Below, one piece after another: positions 21,170-31,064 of a stretch of 32,000 nucleotides of DNA; the stretch's first letter is position 1, and each line of letters begins with the position of its first letter. Under the pieces are notes generated by a model. The model saw nothing but the letters and a program-made list of their open reading frames with translations. It did not search any database and was not told where the DNA came from. Source of the stretch: Mycobacterium leprae TN (GTDB lineage: Bacteria > Actinomycetota > Actinomycetes > Mycobacteriales > Mycobacteriaceae); contig NC_002677.1 of the NCBI RefSeq assembly GCF_000195855.1, positions 2,460,001 through 2,492,000 on the forward strand, given 5' to 3'. A program made the position numbers and the translations under genes.

Positions 21170-21535
21170 GCTGGATCACACCCAAACCGATTCTGCCACT
21201 ACCTTCAAACTCGCCACCAAAACACACCCACACATACAGGCATGCCCCAATCTGCGACAACTACGCCAACCCACAAACCCCCAGCAGCCGATCCTGGCTA
21301 CAGGATAACCAGCAAGCCACACTGCACTTCACACCGACAAGCTGCTCATAGCTGACACATAACCAAAATCTTCTTCACCACCATCACCCGCCACAACACG
21401 TTCACCGATATCAACAACCTCGAAACCGCGATCCCCACCTACAACGAACACACCACACCGTTCACCTGAACCCAGACCGCAGACACCCCCTCAACAAAAT
21501 CAAACGTTAAAACAATCACCAACACACAACACTAG
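21170..21535 (+). pseudogene. IS630-family (DDE) transposase C-terminal relic
   Basis: One frame reads ICDNYANPQTPSSRSWLQDNQQATLHFTPTSCS*L. This fits the pattern DNYxxHxTPxVxxWLxxxPxxxxHFTPTSxSWLN. After a +1 shift it reads IFFTTITRHNTFTDINNLETAIPTYNEHTTPFT*TQTAD, which fits FFxxLTRRxxRRGxFxSxxDLExAIxxYxxxHNxxxxPFxWTxTAD. Both expected Trp positions are now stops (TAG 21349-21351, TGA 21467-21469). The family consensus is from memory. Confidence 0.6.
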
Positions 21536-21543
21536 CGAACACA

Positions 21544-22848
21544 TCAGACCTGTACGGGCAGTGCCGACATTCCGCGCATTGCCACATTTGGCTTATAGAC
21601 CAATTCACCGGCCAGCTGTACCTGTGGGAAACGCGCACTGATCGCAGATAATGTGACAGTCGCTTCCAACCGAGCCAATGCCGCTCCTAGGCAAAAATGT
21701 GAGCCGACGGCAAATGCCAAATGTCGTGAGCTGGGACGGTCGGGGTCAAATTCATCGGGGCGTGAGTAAACCGCTGGATCGCGATTGGCGGCGGCAAGCA
21801 ACAAAACCATTGTATCACCCTCGGTTAAAGTTGTCTGACCGATCGTCATGTCCTTAGCAGCTACCCGACCGATTAGATGGATTGCTGGATCATAACGAAG
21901 CGTCTCCTCAACCACCAGCGGCGCGCGCTGCGGGTTGCTACTTAGCGCTTTCCACTGCGACGGGTTGCGTAACATCGCCAGGACCGCATTGGCAATCAGA
22001 TTCACCGTGGTCTCATGACCAGCAACGAGCAACAGACCGCACGTTGCGATGATCTCTTCCTCGGTCAGCTGATCACCCGACTCGTCCAACTCAATCAGCC
22101 TGGATATCAGATCCTCACCGGGTGTACCGCGTCGACATTTAACTAGCTGCTCCAAGTAATCCCGCAACCACACACCAGCCCGCAGCCGCTCTTCAGTGGC
22201 CTCCGGCGGTTCACCGGTAATGGTAATGAACGGGTCGACTGACTGCACCAATAGTGCTGAGACGCGACCGAACTCCGGCGCGTCTTCGTACGGCACACCC
22301 AGCAGCCGACAAATCACAGCCACCGCAAGCGGAAAGGCTAGGTCAGCAATGACGTCAAACTGGCCAGCCGCGGCACCCTTATCCAGCAGGGAATCCACCA
22401 GCGCAGCAATATCACCTTCCAGCGCCTGAACGACTTTCGGTGCGAACGCCTTGCTGACAAGCTTGCGTAACCGGGTATGATCTGGTGGATCGAGAAACAT
22501 AAACGACGAGGCATAGAACGGTCGCGGTTCTGCACCAGCAGCAATGGCCTGCTGCGCTAGTGTCGCCTTGAGCCGATCGCTGGCCGACAACGGATGGCGC
22601 AATGCCTCGTCGCAGTCAGAAAACGACGAGAACACTGTCAACGGCATACCCGGTAGCTGCATCGGCCCGTAGTCAATTAACGCGCGATAAACCGGAAACG
22701 GATCCGCCCGGGTGCCCGGGTCAATCAAGCGTAGCAACAGCATTTGTGCCTCAACAAGCGATGGCGGGTTCGTTCCCATCGGTCGATTATGACTCAGGTA
22801 CTCGATAAATGCATACACGCATGTACGAGTTGGTACGCACGTCCGCAT
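21544..22848 (-). CDS. cytochrome P450 monooxygenase (I believe this is the M. leprae CYP164A1 gene)
   Basis: An intact 434-aa ORF. The I-helix is LLVAGHETT and the K-helix ExxR is EETLRY. The heme-thiolate loop is FAVGSHFCLGAALAR. An alternative start at 22779 (MGTNPPS...) is possible. Confidence 0.9.
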   Translation of the reverse strand: MRTCVPTRTCVYAFIEYLSHNRPMGTNPPSLVEAQMLLLRLIDPGTRADPFPVYRALIDYGPMQLPGMPLTVFSSFSDCDEALRHPLSASDRLKATLAQQAIAAGAEPRPFYASSFMFLDPPDHTRLRKLVSKAFAPKVVQALEGDIAALVDSLLDKGAAAGQFDVIADLAFPLAVAVICRLLGVPYEDAPEFGRVSALLVQSVDPFITITGEPPEATEERLRAGVWLRDYLEQLVKCRRGTPGEDLISRLIELDESGDQLTEEEIIATCGLLLVAGHETTVNLIANAVLAMLRNPSQWKALSSNPQRAPLVVEETLRYDPAIHLIGRVAAKDMTIGQTTLTEGDTMVLLLAAANRDPAVYSRPDEFDPDRPSSRHLAFAVGSHFCLGAALARLEATVTLSAISARFPQVQLAGELVYKPNVAMRGMSALPVQV

Positions 22849-23337
22849 GATTGAAGGTGGCTAGCCGAACACGTAATTATTTATCGCTACGAGCCACGAC
22901 GTCAGTCTTGGGCCAGATTCAGAGCCCTGCTCAACGGTGTTGCTCTGCAGCGTATATTTGCGGCATCGAATGGTATGGTGGGGACCACCCCTTAAGGGCC
23001 CTCAACGCCGTTAGCGGCCGGCTCGCCGTCGACTCCAGCACAATCATGGGGACACGCACAGCAGCAAGCCCAGACCATGACCGAGGACTGGCGGCGACAC
23101 GGACTCGACATGGACATCGTCGGCTTGACCTACCCGAATGAATACGACAGACATGGCCACATGCCTGCAAACGTATGGACGGACGGCGGCACAGTCCAAG
23201 CTCACCTAACCTCTGCACAGCTGCAGGCCTGTCCTAACTTCAAGCCACTGACCGACAGGACCCGGCCAACACAATCAGCCAATCAGCTTCGTGCAAGCCA
23301 TCCGCGCTTAACCGCTTTTGCAGTTGAACTTTCGCGA

Positions 23338-25291
23338 TCAAAAGCAGCGTTTAGCCAACCATTCGGCCTGCATCACCAGCAGGGCCAGTATTTGTAACTG
23401 CTGGGTATCAAGGTCGAGTTGACGGTAACGCTGATAAACATTGACAACCACTCGTTCGGCGTCCAGCCTGGTCGCGTACTCGCCTAAGTCGGGGGTCTCA
23501 ACGGCCTCAACCCACGACAAACCCCTGAGCACTAGGAGGCTTCGGCTTGTTCGGCGACGTAAACAAGTATAGCCCGGAGCACAAGTCCCGCCCGAATCGG
23601 TGACTGGACAGTGGCCAGGTACCACCACCAGCGCGTCGAATGTTAGCACTGCTTAGCACGCGGCGACCTGGCTGGCGATCGGCCCGACCCACACGACCTG
23701 GGTGCACCCAATGGACAGGAGATCCCATTGTCAACAATACGCCAGTGTCAGGCACGTACGCCACGGAGTCCGTAGCGGTATAGGCTGGACCCAAGTTCAG
23801 CAGATTGACCTGCCGGTCGCTAACTTCAACGATGAAGTTGTATTCGAACATCTGATCTGCGTTGCAGACCTTGATGCGGTTGAAGTCTAAGTGCCCGAGA
23901 CGGTCTCAACTTGTACGGCATTGCGATCGGGCCGAGACCGCCAGTTTGCATCATGGCTAACATCTGGAGCGCCCCGTCGTGTGCGATCTCGTCAGCAGTG
24001 TCCTTGGCGGCGATGATTTAGCACCGATCGGGTCCAGCAGTTGATTGCCGTGCATGTAGTCACCGTTGGCGTGGATGATCAACGCATCAGCGCAGGGCAA
24101 AGACAAGATGATGGACTTCATCGCGGTGAGCATCTCCCAGGGTAACTCCAGGTCAATCCAGGTATCGACAAGCAGTAACGCGCCGTAGCGGCTATCAGCC
24201 CCGCACTGCTCCAACTATACCCCCGTCCGACAGCGTCCACGCCCACACTCAAGTTGGCGACTTCGTTCAGCCCACGGATGTTTGTTGTAGAGTATCTGCG
24301 GGGTGCTCGGTTGACCCGACCGGAAGCGACCGTGGCACCGGTATTGGGCTGAGCCTCTAACGGATGTGGCAGGAGGCGCTCACGCGGAGAGTCTGTCGAA
24401 TCCAGACCAGCCCTTGCACCTGGAATATGACGAAGTCACAGTCGTGCAGCCATCCCGGGAACGACTCCCGCACCGTCAGGCTCAGGTGTTCGACGAATGT
24501 GCAGGTGAGTAGCGCACCGAAGCCAATAACCTCACCCGGCCGCAGTGTCACCCCACGTGAGACGTGAAAGATAACTTCGCCGAAAGTCCCAATCCATCTG
24601 GGCGGTCAAACCTGGTCTCATCACGGTGTCGTTAACCAGAGAGCGCACCCCATAAGTCGAGCTTGCCGTCACGGCTGTACAGCTCGAGCTCATCGGGCCT
24701 AACCAAGTAGGGGCCCAGTGTTACTACACTGCTTTTGCCCTGCCCGATCCCTAGACGACTTTCCATCTGTTGCAAGTCGCGTACGGACCAATTATTGAAG
24801 TATGGTTGTAACCAACGATGGCCTGTTCGGTTTCCTCAACAGTCAGGTCGCCGAGGTTTTTACCGATGGATCCGATGACCGCAGAAATTTCCAATTCGAA
24901 TTTCTACCAAGCACTTCCGGTAACCGCCGACACTTCGTCGTATCGAACCAAAATAGTTGCTGAGCAAGCGAAATAAAATCCAATACGATACCAGGTATCG
25001 CTAAGCACCCCATCAGAAGCCCAGCTCAGCTTGGCAATTGCACATATGGTACAAAACACAACGAGTCACGGAATCAACAGTGGGAGCGAGATCGGGGCCA
25101 TCAACCGCACGTCGACGAGTTGTACTACCGCCCAATGGCGAACGTTGCATATCTTCGCCAGCTGCTCGCAGCCAGTCAACGCCACTGGCTACCAGATAAA
25201 GTAGCGTCACGTCCGGCGACATCACGTAGATCACATACCCGGCGAGCACTCCGGTGCGTTCGCTGTCACCACGACACGTCACCCATTGCAT
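23338..25291 (-). pseudogene. fused fumarylacetoacetate-hydrolase-family + metallo-beta-lactamase-fold enzyme relic (Rv0939-like)
   Basis: FAH-type pieces are MQWVTCRGDSERTGVLAG (from ATG 25291) and TLRPGEVIGFG...PGWLHDCDFVIFQVQGL. MBL-fold pieces follow: ALLLVDTW, IIHANGDYMHGN (a decayed HxHxDH), VNLLNLGPAYTATDSVAYVPDTGVLL and DALVVVPGHCPVT. The total span of about 1.95 kb fits a protein of about 644 aa. Many stops and frameshifts are present. Confidence 0.6.
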
Positions 25292-25294
25292 TCC

Positions 25295-27680
25295 CGCACC
25301 ACACTCACTTGGTTTCTTTGTCTGGCCCGCAGCCCACACCAACTCGTTTAGCGCAACAGGTTATCCGCGGTCCATTCGCTATAGCGCACCTCGCCGACCA
25401 AAACCGGCTTAACAAAAATCACACCTTTAGCGTCGCGTGTCGGAACCAAGTCACCAAACGGAGATTGGTCGCTGCGCAAAAGGACGAAAGTCTACTTGAG
25501 GTTGGCCAGGTCACACTCGGCGAAGCAGGCACCAACCCACTCGGCAAAATGCAGCCCACCGGCGGTGGGGATACCCATCAGCAACGCACCGATGCCACAG
25601 CTACGTCCGCTTTTCCCGGCACGCCAGCCACCTATGACGACTTCCTGGGTTTTCCAGTGTTTGTCTTTAGCCCACGACGCAGAACGCTGACCCTGCTGAT
25701 AGTTGGAATCACGCTGCTTGGTAAGCAAGCTTTCCAAGCGTACTTGCGGTAGTACTCGAGCGCCTCGGTGCCATCTCCGGGTAGCAGCTCAAGTACTATG
25801 GAATTGCTTGCAGTAGGAAAGATTTCAATATTTTGCGCTGGTCAAGATAGCGCACTCGCAGTAACAAGCTGCCGTCTAGCTAGAGCAAGTCGAACATCCA
25901 AAACACGATACTGGTGGCGCAGTTGCGGCTGTGCATCTCGTTGAAACTGGGCACACCGGACTAGCCGTCTAGAACCACATGGTGTTATATGAAATCGGCT
26001 ACCAGTGAGCGCAATGGAAATATTCTTCGGTAACGTCACATCCTTTGCTGAACAACAAGAGTGACGATCAGTAGTCAGCTTCGATCAGGAGTCGGTAGCC
26101 GTCTCATTTGTCTTGGAAAGCCCACTAACCCCCCTTCAGTATCACCACCAAACCGTGCTTAGCGAGCACAGAGGGACGATGTCGTTCGTCGAACATAAAG
26201 ACTTTTTAGTCCTTCATCCTACTGTGCACCAGACACCGGTAACTGTTAGTTAGCATCAGTCCATAAATCCTGATTATCCGGATCTCGTGCAAGATTACGA
26301 TGAGCTCCAACGTTTTTCAGGGAAGTCGCGGAACTTCCCGGTGTCGTAGATTCCCTCTCCCAGAGGATTATCTGGTCAGTGCCATATTTACCTTTCGGTG
26401 ATCTCACTACCGAACATGGCTTAGTCCAAAGGATGATCCTCAGTGTGTACCGCCAGGTGGTTCACCGATGTGGTGTGCGACAGATTTTTCAGCACTGCAC
26501 ACGACACCAATACGCCATCTCGCTCCAGCCGGAAGTCTTAGTACGACTATAGTCCGTTATGCTCCTGGATGACAAACGTATTGCCTTTACCAATTATTTT
26601 TTTTCGCTGGTTTTGTTGAAATTATCGGATCAGGAATCTTCGATGTGTCACACATGCTATGGTATTTCGTCAACCGATCCGAGCTGGTAGCTCAGGGCTC
26701 CGGGGCGTCCATCCTCGCCAACAGTTCACCGTAAGGAGCGATTCGGCAAAGTACCTTGTCTTAGAGACAGCTTTCATAGTGCGGGATCGTCAAGTTATTC
26801 CCAGCTGCGTAACGCCATCACCTTCGAGGGCTCTCAGTTGCACAGCTAGTAAGGCACAATAGTGCTCTTCGAACCTCGGTTTTGGCTCCAGTCCACAAAA
26901 ACCTTCTCCATCAACAACCTTCGTGTCATGATCGACGTCACCAAGGTAGGAATGACGTTTTCCAGTTGCTGAGAAATGTTTTTAGCAAACAACACAGCTC
27001 CTCGACTACTCACTTGATGGTCAAGTGGCGTGTATGAGGTGCAACCCCTTTGCGATCGCTGGTCAGCGGGAAAATAGTCAGCCCGATATCGGAGATCAGA
27101 TCCCAGATTGCGCAGTCACTTTCGGCCAGCTAAGGCATTGTCATACCGTCACCGGATCCAGGTCGAACACCAATCGTGCCACCAGGCTAAGTTGTAGCCT
27201 GCCAGGATCTCCGACGAACAGCTACTGCGGCACATGTACCTCCAGCGCGGCCTGCTGTGCGATCCAAGCTAGCCCGGTGGGACTGTCGATTAACCGGATA
27301 GGTCGTGATTCCCGACCGGTGGGTCACGCTGGCACGCTACAGCCAGTCCAGCGTCACTAGGACGCTAACCGCAATGGCCACAATTGCCTATGACGAGTCA
27401 GCTACCTAGACGTTCGACCTGACCATGGGAAGCTCACTCCGGGACGCCTCCGGTCTTGCCGCCACTGTTTGTACACACCGGTATGTATCGCCGCCGTGCG
27501 CGAGCCGGGCTGCTTGGCGGTCACGACTCTGCTCGATGCCTACCGAGTGCCGGCACCACAGTCAGTTTCGACTCCAATGTACGTCCGTCACTAATCGTGG
27601 ACCAGGATCTGGACCGCGAGCGTATCGAACATATCTCGTTGAGTGCAACGATATCGTCAAAGTCATCGACGAAAACCTAC
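25295..27680 (-). pseudogene. ligD: NHEJ ATP-dependent DNA ligase/polymerase/phosphoesterase LigD relic
   Basis: Pieces are colinear with LigD as I recall it. N-terminal pieces are MTLT.. and TQRDMFD (about 27666 downward). The PE domain reads GNTFVIQEHNGL*SY*DFRLERDGVLVSCAVLKNLSHTTSVNHLAVHTEDHPLD*A (about 26330-26590). The ligase C-terminus reads KQRDSNYQQGQRSASWAKDKHWKTQEVVIGGWRAGKSGRSCGIGALLMGIPTAGGLHFAEWVG..DLANLK (25492-25737). The tail reads QTKKPSE. Numerous in-frame stops are present. Confidence 0.85.
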
Positions 27681-28183
27681 GCTAGATCGATCCCAACCAC
27701 GCACTGGAATGAACCGCCCTGACCTGGTTGACATCTGGACCGGCGATCGTTGCGGCGAGCAAGGCGCGTTGGCGTTATGCCTGGCCGGCAAGGCCCGGGT
27801 GGACATCAGGAACTTCCGGGTCGTGGACACCGTCTGCACCAGTGATGAGTTCATGGTCAGACTGCTCGACGGGTTATGGGGATATGGCTTATGAAGCGCT
27901 GATCGGCGAGCCAATCTTCAGCGAATCCGGCTCGACGCGCTGTCTGTCGCGCTGGACGCAGCTGACCTGTCGTCGAGGCTGACTATCGCCTACACCGGTA
28001 CTGACCTAGCCGACCGAGCGGCTATGGATACCTAAAACACTCTATCCCCAATATGTTTTACCCAACAGCAACTCATATGTAGTATCTAGGGATTAGTGGA
28101 TTACCCACCGACAAAACGCACTATATCGTACTTTGCCGCCTGGCGTGCTGTTGTGCGACCTAGAGTGTGGACATACTGACTGT

Positions 28184-28936
28184 ATGCACTTCATCTGGAA
28201 GGGTTCGATTGCTTCTGTGGCGGGTAAACATCCGGGTCAAAGCGTACAAGCTAATCCAGGACCACGATATCAAGTTCCACGAGGTGCACGCCAACGCTAA
28301 TGGGAGGATCCGATACAAACGAGTATGCGATGTAATGTGGATAAGTCGTCGAATACTGTGATCTCACCCAGGCCCACGAATTCGACGAAGGCCAATTGGT
28401 GGTGATCACCGATTACGACATCGCCACACTGCCCTAGGAGGGCAGCCGCGAGATCAAGGTCCTGGAGTTCGTCCCGGTCCGCCACGTCGACACCATAGTG
28501 TTCGACCGCCACTACTTCTTGTAACAGGATTCGAAGCCGTGGAAATCATAGGTGCTGCTAGCTAAGACATTCGCCGAAACCAACCAGATGGCAATCGTGA
28601 ATTTCGCGCTGCATAACAAGAATAGATCGGCGACGCTGCGCGTCAGGGACTTCGGCAAGCGCGAAGTTATAGTGGTGCACACCTTGTTGTAGCCAGACTA
28701 AATGCGCTACCGCGACACCTACCAGGCACAGATTCAGTAACTAATTGAAGCGAAAATTGAATATAAATAAGTATTTACCGCTGAGTAACAGCCGGAAAAT
28801 TTGACGATACCGAGGATGTGGCTGACCTGCCCACAAAACTGGAGGCCAGCATGAAGGAGTGCTCCGGTCACCTGAAATCCCCGGCGCAGAAAACTGCTGC
28901 CGAGAAAATCGGTTCGAAGGCGGCGTCAAAATCCTG
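28184..28936 (+). pseudogene. mku: NHEJ end-binding protein Ku relic
   Basis: The sequence begins MHFIWKGSIA.. from ATG 28184. A frameshift leads to VNIRVKAYKLIQDHDIKFHEVHANANGRIRYKRVCD. Later pieces are REIKVLEFVPV, MAIVNFALHNKNRSATLRVRDFGKREVIVVHTLL*PD and EDVADL..KLEAS. There are several stops, including TGG to TAG in the LLWPDE motif. An internal deletion of roughly 35 codons lies after that motif. Confidence 0.85.
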
Positions 28937-29130
28937 ACCTGCAGCTCTGAATTCCTGAAGTCTTGAGGACGATACAGCGGGGCGGTCTACCCAGACGCGT
29001 ATCGTGTCCATCCATAATTACGGCGAAATCATCCTGATCACCAGCAAGGACTTCGCTTATATGGTGGCTTTCGGGATCGCATCAGCACGGTTGCCGAGCG
29101 AGGAGACCAGGAGACCTAACGCGCCCGGTG

Positions 29131-30045
29131 TCACCGGCACCCGCTGCACCGCCGGGTAGCCAGGAAGCGGAACGCCGCGCCGAAGAGATTGATCCCGGCA
29201 ACCAAGATGATCAGAGTCAGTGCCGCGCCCCAAACCCGCAGAAAACCCGCGTATTCGGGATTGGTCAGTTCGGTGTAGATCAGCAGCGGCAACGAGGCCA
29301 TGTTGCCGTCAAAAATGTCGAAGTTGATGGAACGGCTGTACCCAACCAGGACGAGCACCGGCGCAGTTTCGCCGATGACGCGCGCAATGGACAACAAGAC
29401 ACCGGAGATGATGCCCGGCGTCGCGATTGGAAAGACAATGCGCACAATTGTCTTCCATTTCGGAATACCCAACGCGTAGCAGGCTTCTCGCAGTTCGTCA
29501 GGAACCAACCTCAGTATTTCCTCGGTAGACCGCACCACCACTGGCAACATCAACAAAACCAACGCCAACGACACAGCGAAGGCAGATTGTTGGAATCCCA
29601 GGGTGGCGATCCACAGGCAGAAGATAAACAACGCCGCTACGATCGAGGGCACTCCGGCGAGCACGTCAACCATGAACGTGGTCACCCGTACGAACGGGCC
29701 AGAACCGTATTCCACCAGATATACGGCTGTCATCGATCCCAGCGGCACGGCCATGATGGCGGCCACCACAGCCTGCACCAACGACCCATACAGCGCGTGG
29801 TATACTCCGCCGGCAAACTCTTCTGGCATCACACCGCGTAGCGAGTGGGTCCACCAGTCGAACCGAGTTACAGCGTAGAAACCTCGCGCGACCACGACTG
29901 ACAACAGCCAAACTAGCGGAACCAGCGCAATGAGAAACGAGGTGAAGAAAAACATTGTCGCAACGTTGTTTTTGATGCGGCGTCGCACGCTGATGGGGCG
30001 CAACACTACCGCTTTGACCGGTCGGTCGAGGGTATCAAGATTCAT
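29131..30045 (-). CDS. pstA: phosphate ABC transporter permease PstA
   Basis: A 304-aa multi-TM ORF with the permease EAA-type loop LREACYALGIPKWKTIVRIVFP. It is the last gene of the pstS-pstC-pstA order. Confidence 0.9.
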   Translation of the reverse strand: MNLDTLDRPVKAVVLRPISVRRRIKNNVATMFFFTSFLIALVPLVWLLSVVVARGFYAVTRFDWWTHSLRGVMPEEFAGGVYHALYGSLVQAVVAAIMAVPLGSMTAVYLVEYGSGPFVRVTTFMVDVLAGVPSIVAALFIFCLWIATLGFQQSAFAVSLALVLLMLPVVVRSTEEILRLVPDELREACYALGIPKWKTIVRIVFPIATPGIISGVLLSIARVIGETAPVLVLVGYSRSINFDIFDGNMASLPLLIYTELTNPEYAGFLRVWGAALTLIILVAGINLFGAAFRFLATRRCSGCR

Positions 30046-30062
30046 CGAGAGCTCACCGCAGC

Positions 30063-31022
30063 TTATCCGTTCACCCTTCCGCCGGAGATTGCGCGAGCGA
30101 CCGCGTTGACGACGAACGTCAGGAAGAACAGTGCAAATCCTGCTGCGATATATGCTCCGGTCGGCAGCGGTTGGCTAAATTCTGATGCCGCGGAGGCAAT
30201 CTTAGAAGCGAACGTGTAACCACCGTCAAAAAGCGACCAATTGCCCGAGCGAGCGGCCGAACGCAGGATTATCAGAACCGCCAGGGTTTCTCCTAAAGCA
30301 CGGCCCAAACCGAGCATTGCCGCCGCGGCAACGCCGCTACGGCCGAACGGCAGTACGGTCATCTGTACCACTTCCCACTTGGTCGCGCCCAGCGCCTGAG
30401 CTGCTTCGATCTGAATGAGTGGGGTGTGGCGAAACACTTCGCGCGACACCGAGGTGACAATTGGCAGGATCATCACCGCTAGGACGATGCCGCTGGTGAA
30501 AATGGTGCCGCCGCCAGCCAACGACACATTGCCCTGTTTGAACAGAAACAGCCATCCCAGGTTGTGGTTGAGAAACACCGCTATCGGCTGAAGCTTCGGC
30601 GCCAACACGAATACCCCCCACAACCCGAAGATAATCGATGGCACCGCAGCCAGCAGATCAACCATCGCACTGAACAGACGCGACAGCCGTGCCGGAACAT
30701 ATTGGGTAAGGAATACCGCGATTCCGATAGCCACCGGCACAGCCAACACCAGGGCACATATCGAACTCAGCACCGTCACCATGAAAAGGTCGCGGATACC
30801 AAACGCGAGATTCTTATCACCGGTGGTGTCGAATTTTGCGCTGGTGAAAAAATTTGCATGGTTCGCGCGCAACGAGGGCACAGCACGAAGCAACAGGAAT
30901 ATCGCGATCAGCAGGATCGCGGCGACGACCGTCGAACCAGCCGCGGCAGCGGCCGATTTGAACAGCCGATCGCACCGCCGGGTTACATATGAACCGACTG
31001 CTGCTGGCGTGGGCTTTATCAC
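30063..31022 (-). CDS. pstC: phosphate ABC transporter permease PstC
   Basis: A 319-aa multi-TM ORF with the EAA loop [23 protein letters not shown]. It lies between pstS and pstA. Confidence 0.9.
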   Translation of the reverse strand: MIKPTPAAVGSYVTRRCDRLFKSAAAAAGSTVVAAILLIAIFLLLRAVPSLRANHANFFTSAKFDTTGDKNLAFGIRDLFMVTVLSSICALVLAVPVAIGIAVFLTQYVPARLSRLFSAMVDLLAAVPSIIFGLWGVFVLAPKLQPIAVFLNHNLGWLFLFKQGNVSLAGGGTIFTSGIVLAVMILPIVTSVSREVFRHTPLIQIEAAQALGATKWEVVQMTVLPFGRSGVAAAAMLGLGRALGETLAVLIILRSAARSGNWSLFDGGYTFASKIASAASEFSQPLPTGAYIAAGFALFFLTFVVNAVARAISGGRVNG

Positions 31023-31064
31023 AGTCGCAGGTACTAACGAATTTGTCGCCGTGACGATGTCATA

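Larger units (their letters stand above)
20920..21543. other. extreme A+C-rich (plus strand) compositional block
   Basis: My hand count of 21181-21540 (360 nt) gives G 39 and T 46, so A+C is about 76% on the plus strand. The skew begins around 20920 and stops exactly at the P450 stop codon (21544). It spans both the intron 3' end and the IS630-type relic. Confidence 0.9.

Noticed and set aside
19800-21543. Diversity-generating retroelement (RT plus mutated repeat)
   Set aside because: The RT is of the group II intron type, with a maturase tail and a downstream domain V. No template/variable repeat pair is visible. The biased changes are at G and C (Trp codons to stops), not the adenine-specific pattern of DGRs. 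The RT itself is dead.
25120-25752. 210-aa plus-strand ORF in the pseudogene desert
   Set aside because: It is antisense to the clearly recognisable LigD ligase-domain relic. It has no motifs of its own.
26597-26604. T8 homopolymer in an AT-rich patch of the LigD relic
   Set aside because: It is an ordinary low-GC decay product within a pseudogene. It has no flanking structure or repeat context to suggest a function.
29128-29841. 237-aa plus-strand ORF
   Set aside because: It is antisense to pstA. It is highly charged (R/Q/H/D-rich) and non-membrane, and it resembles no protein family I know.
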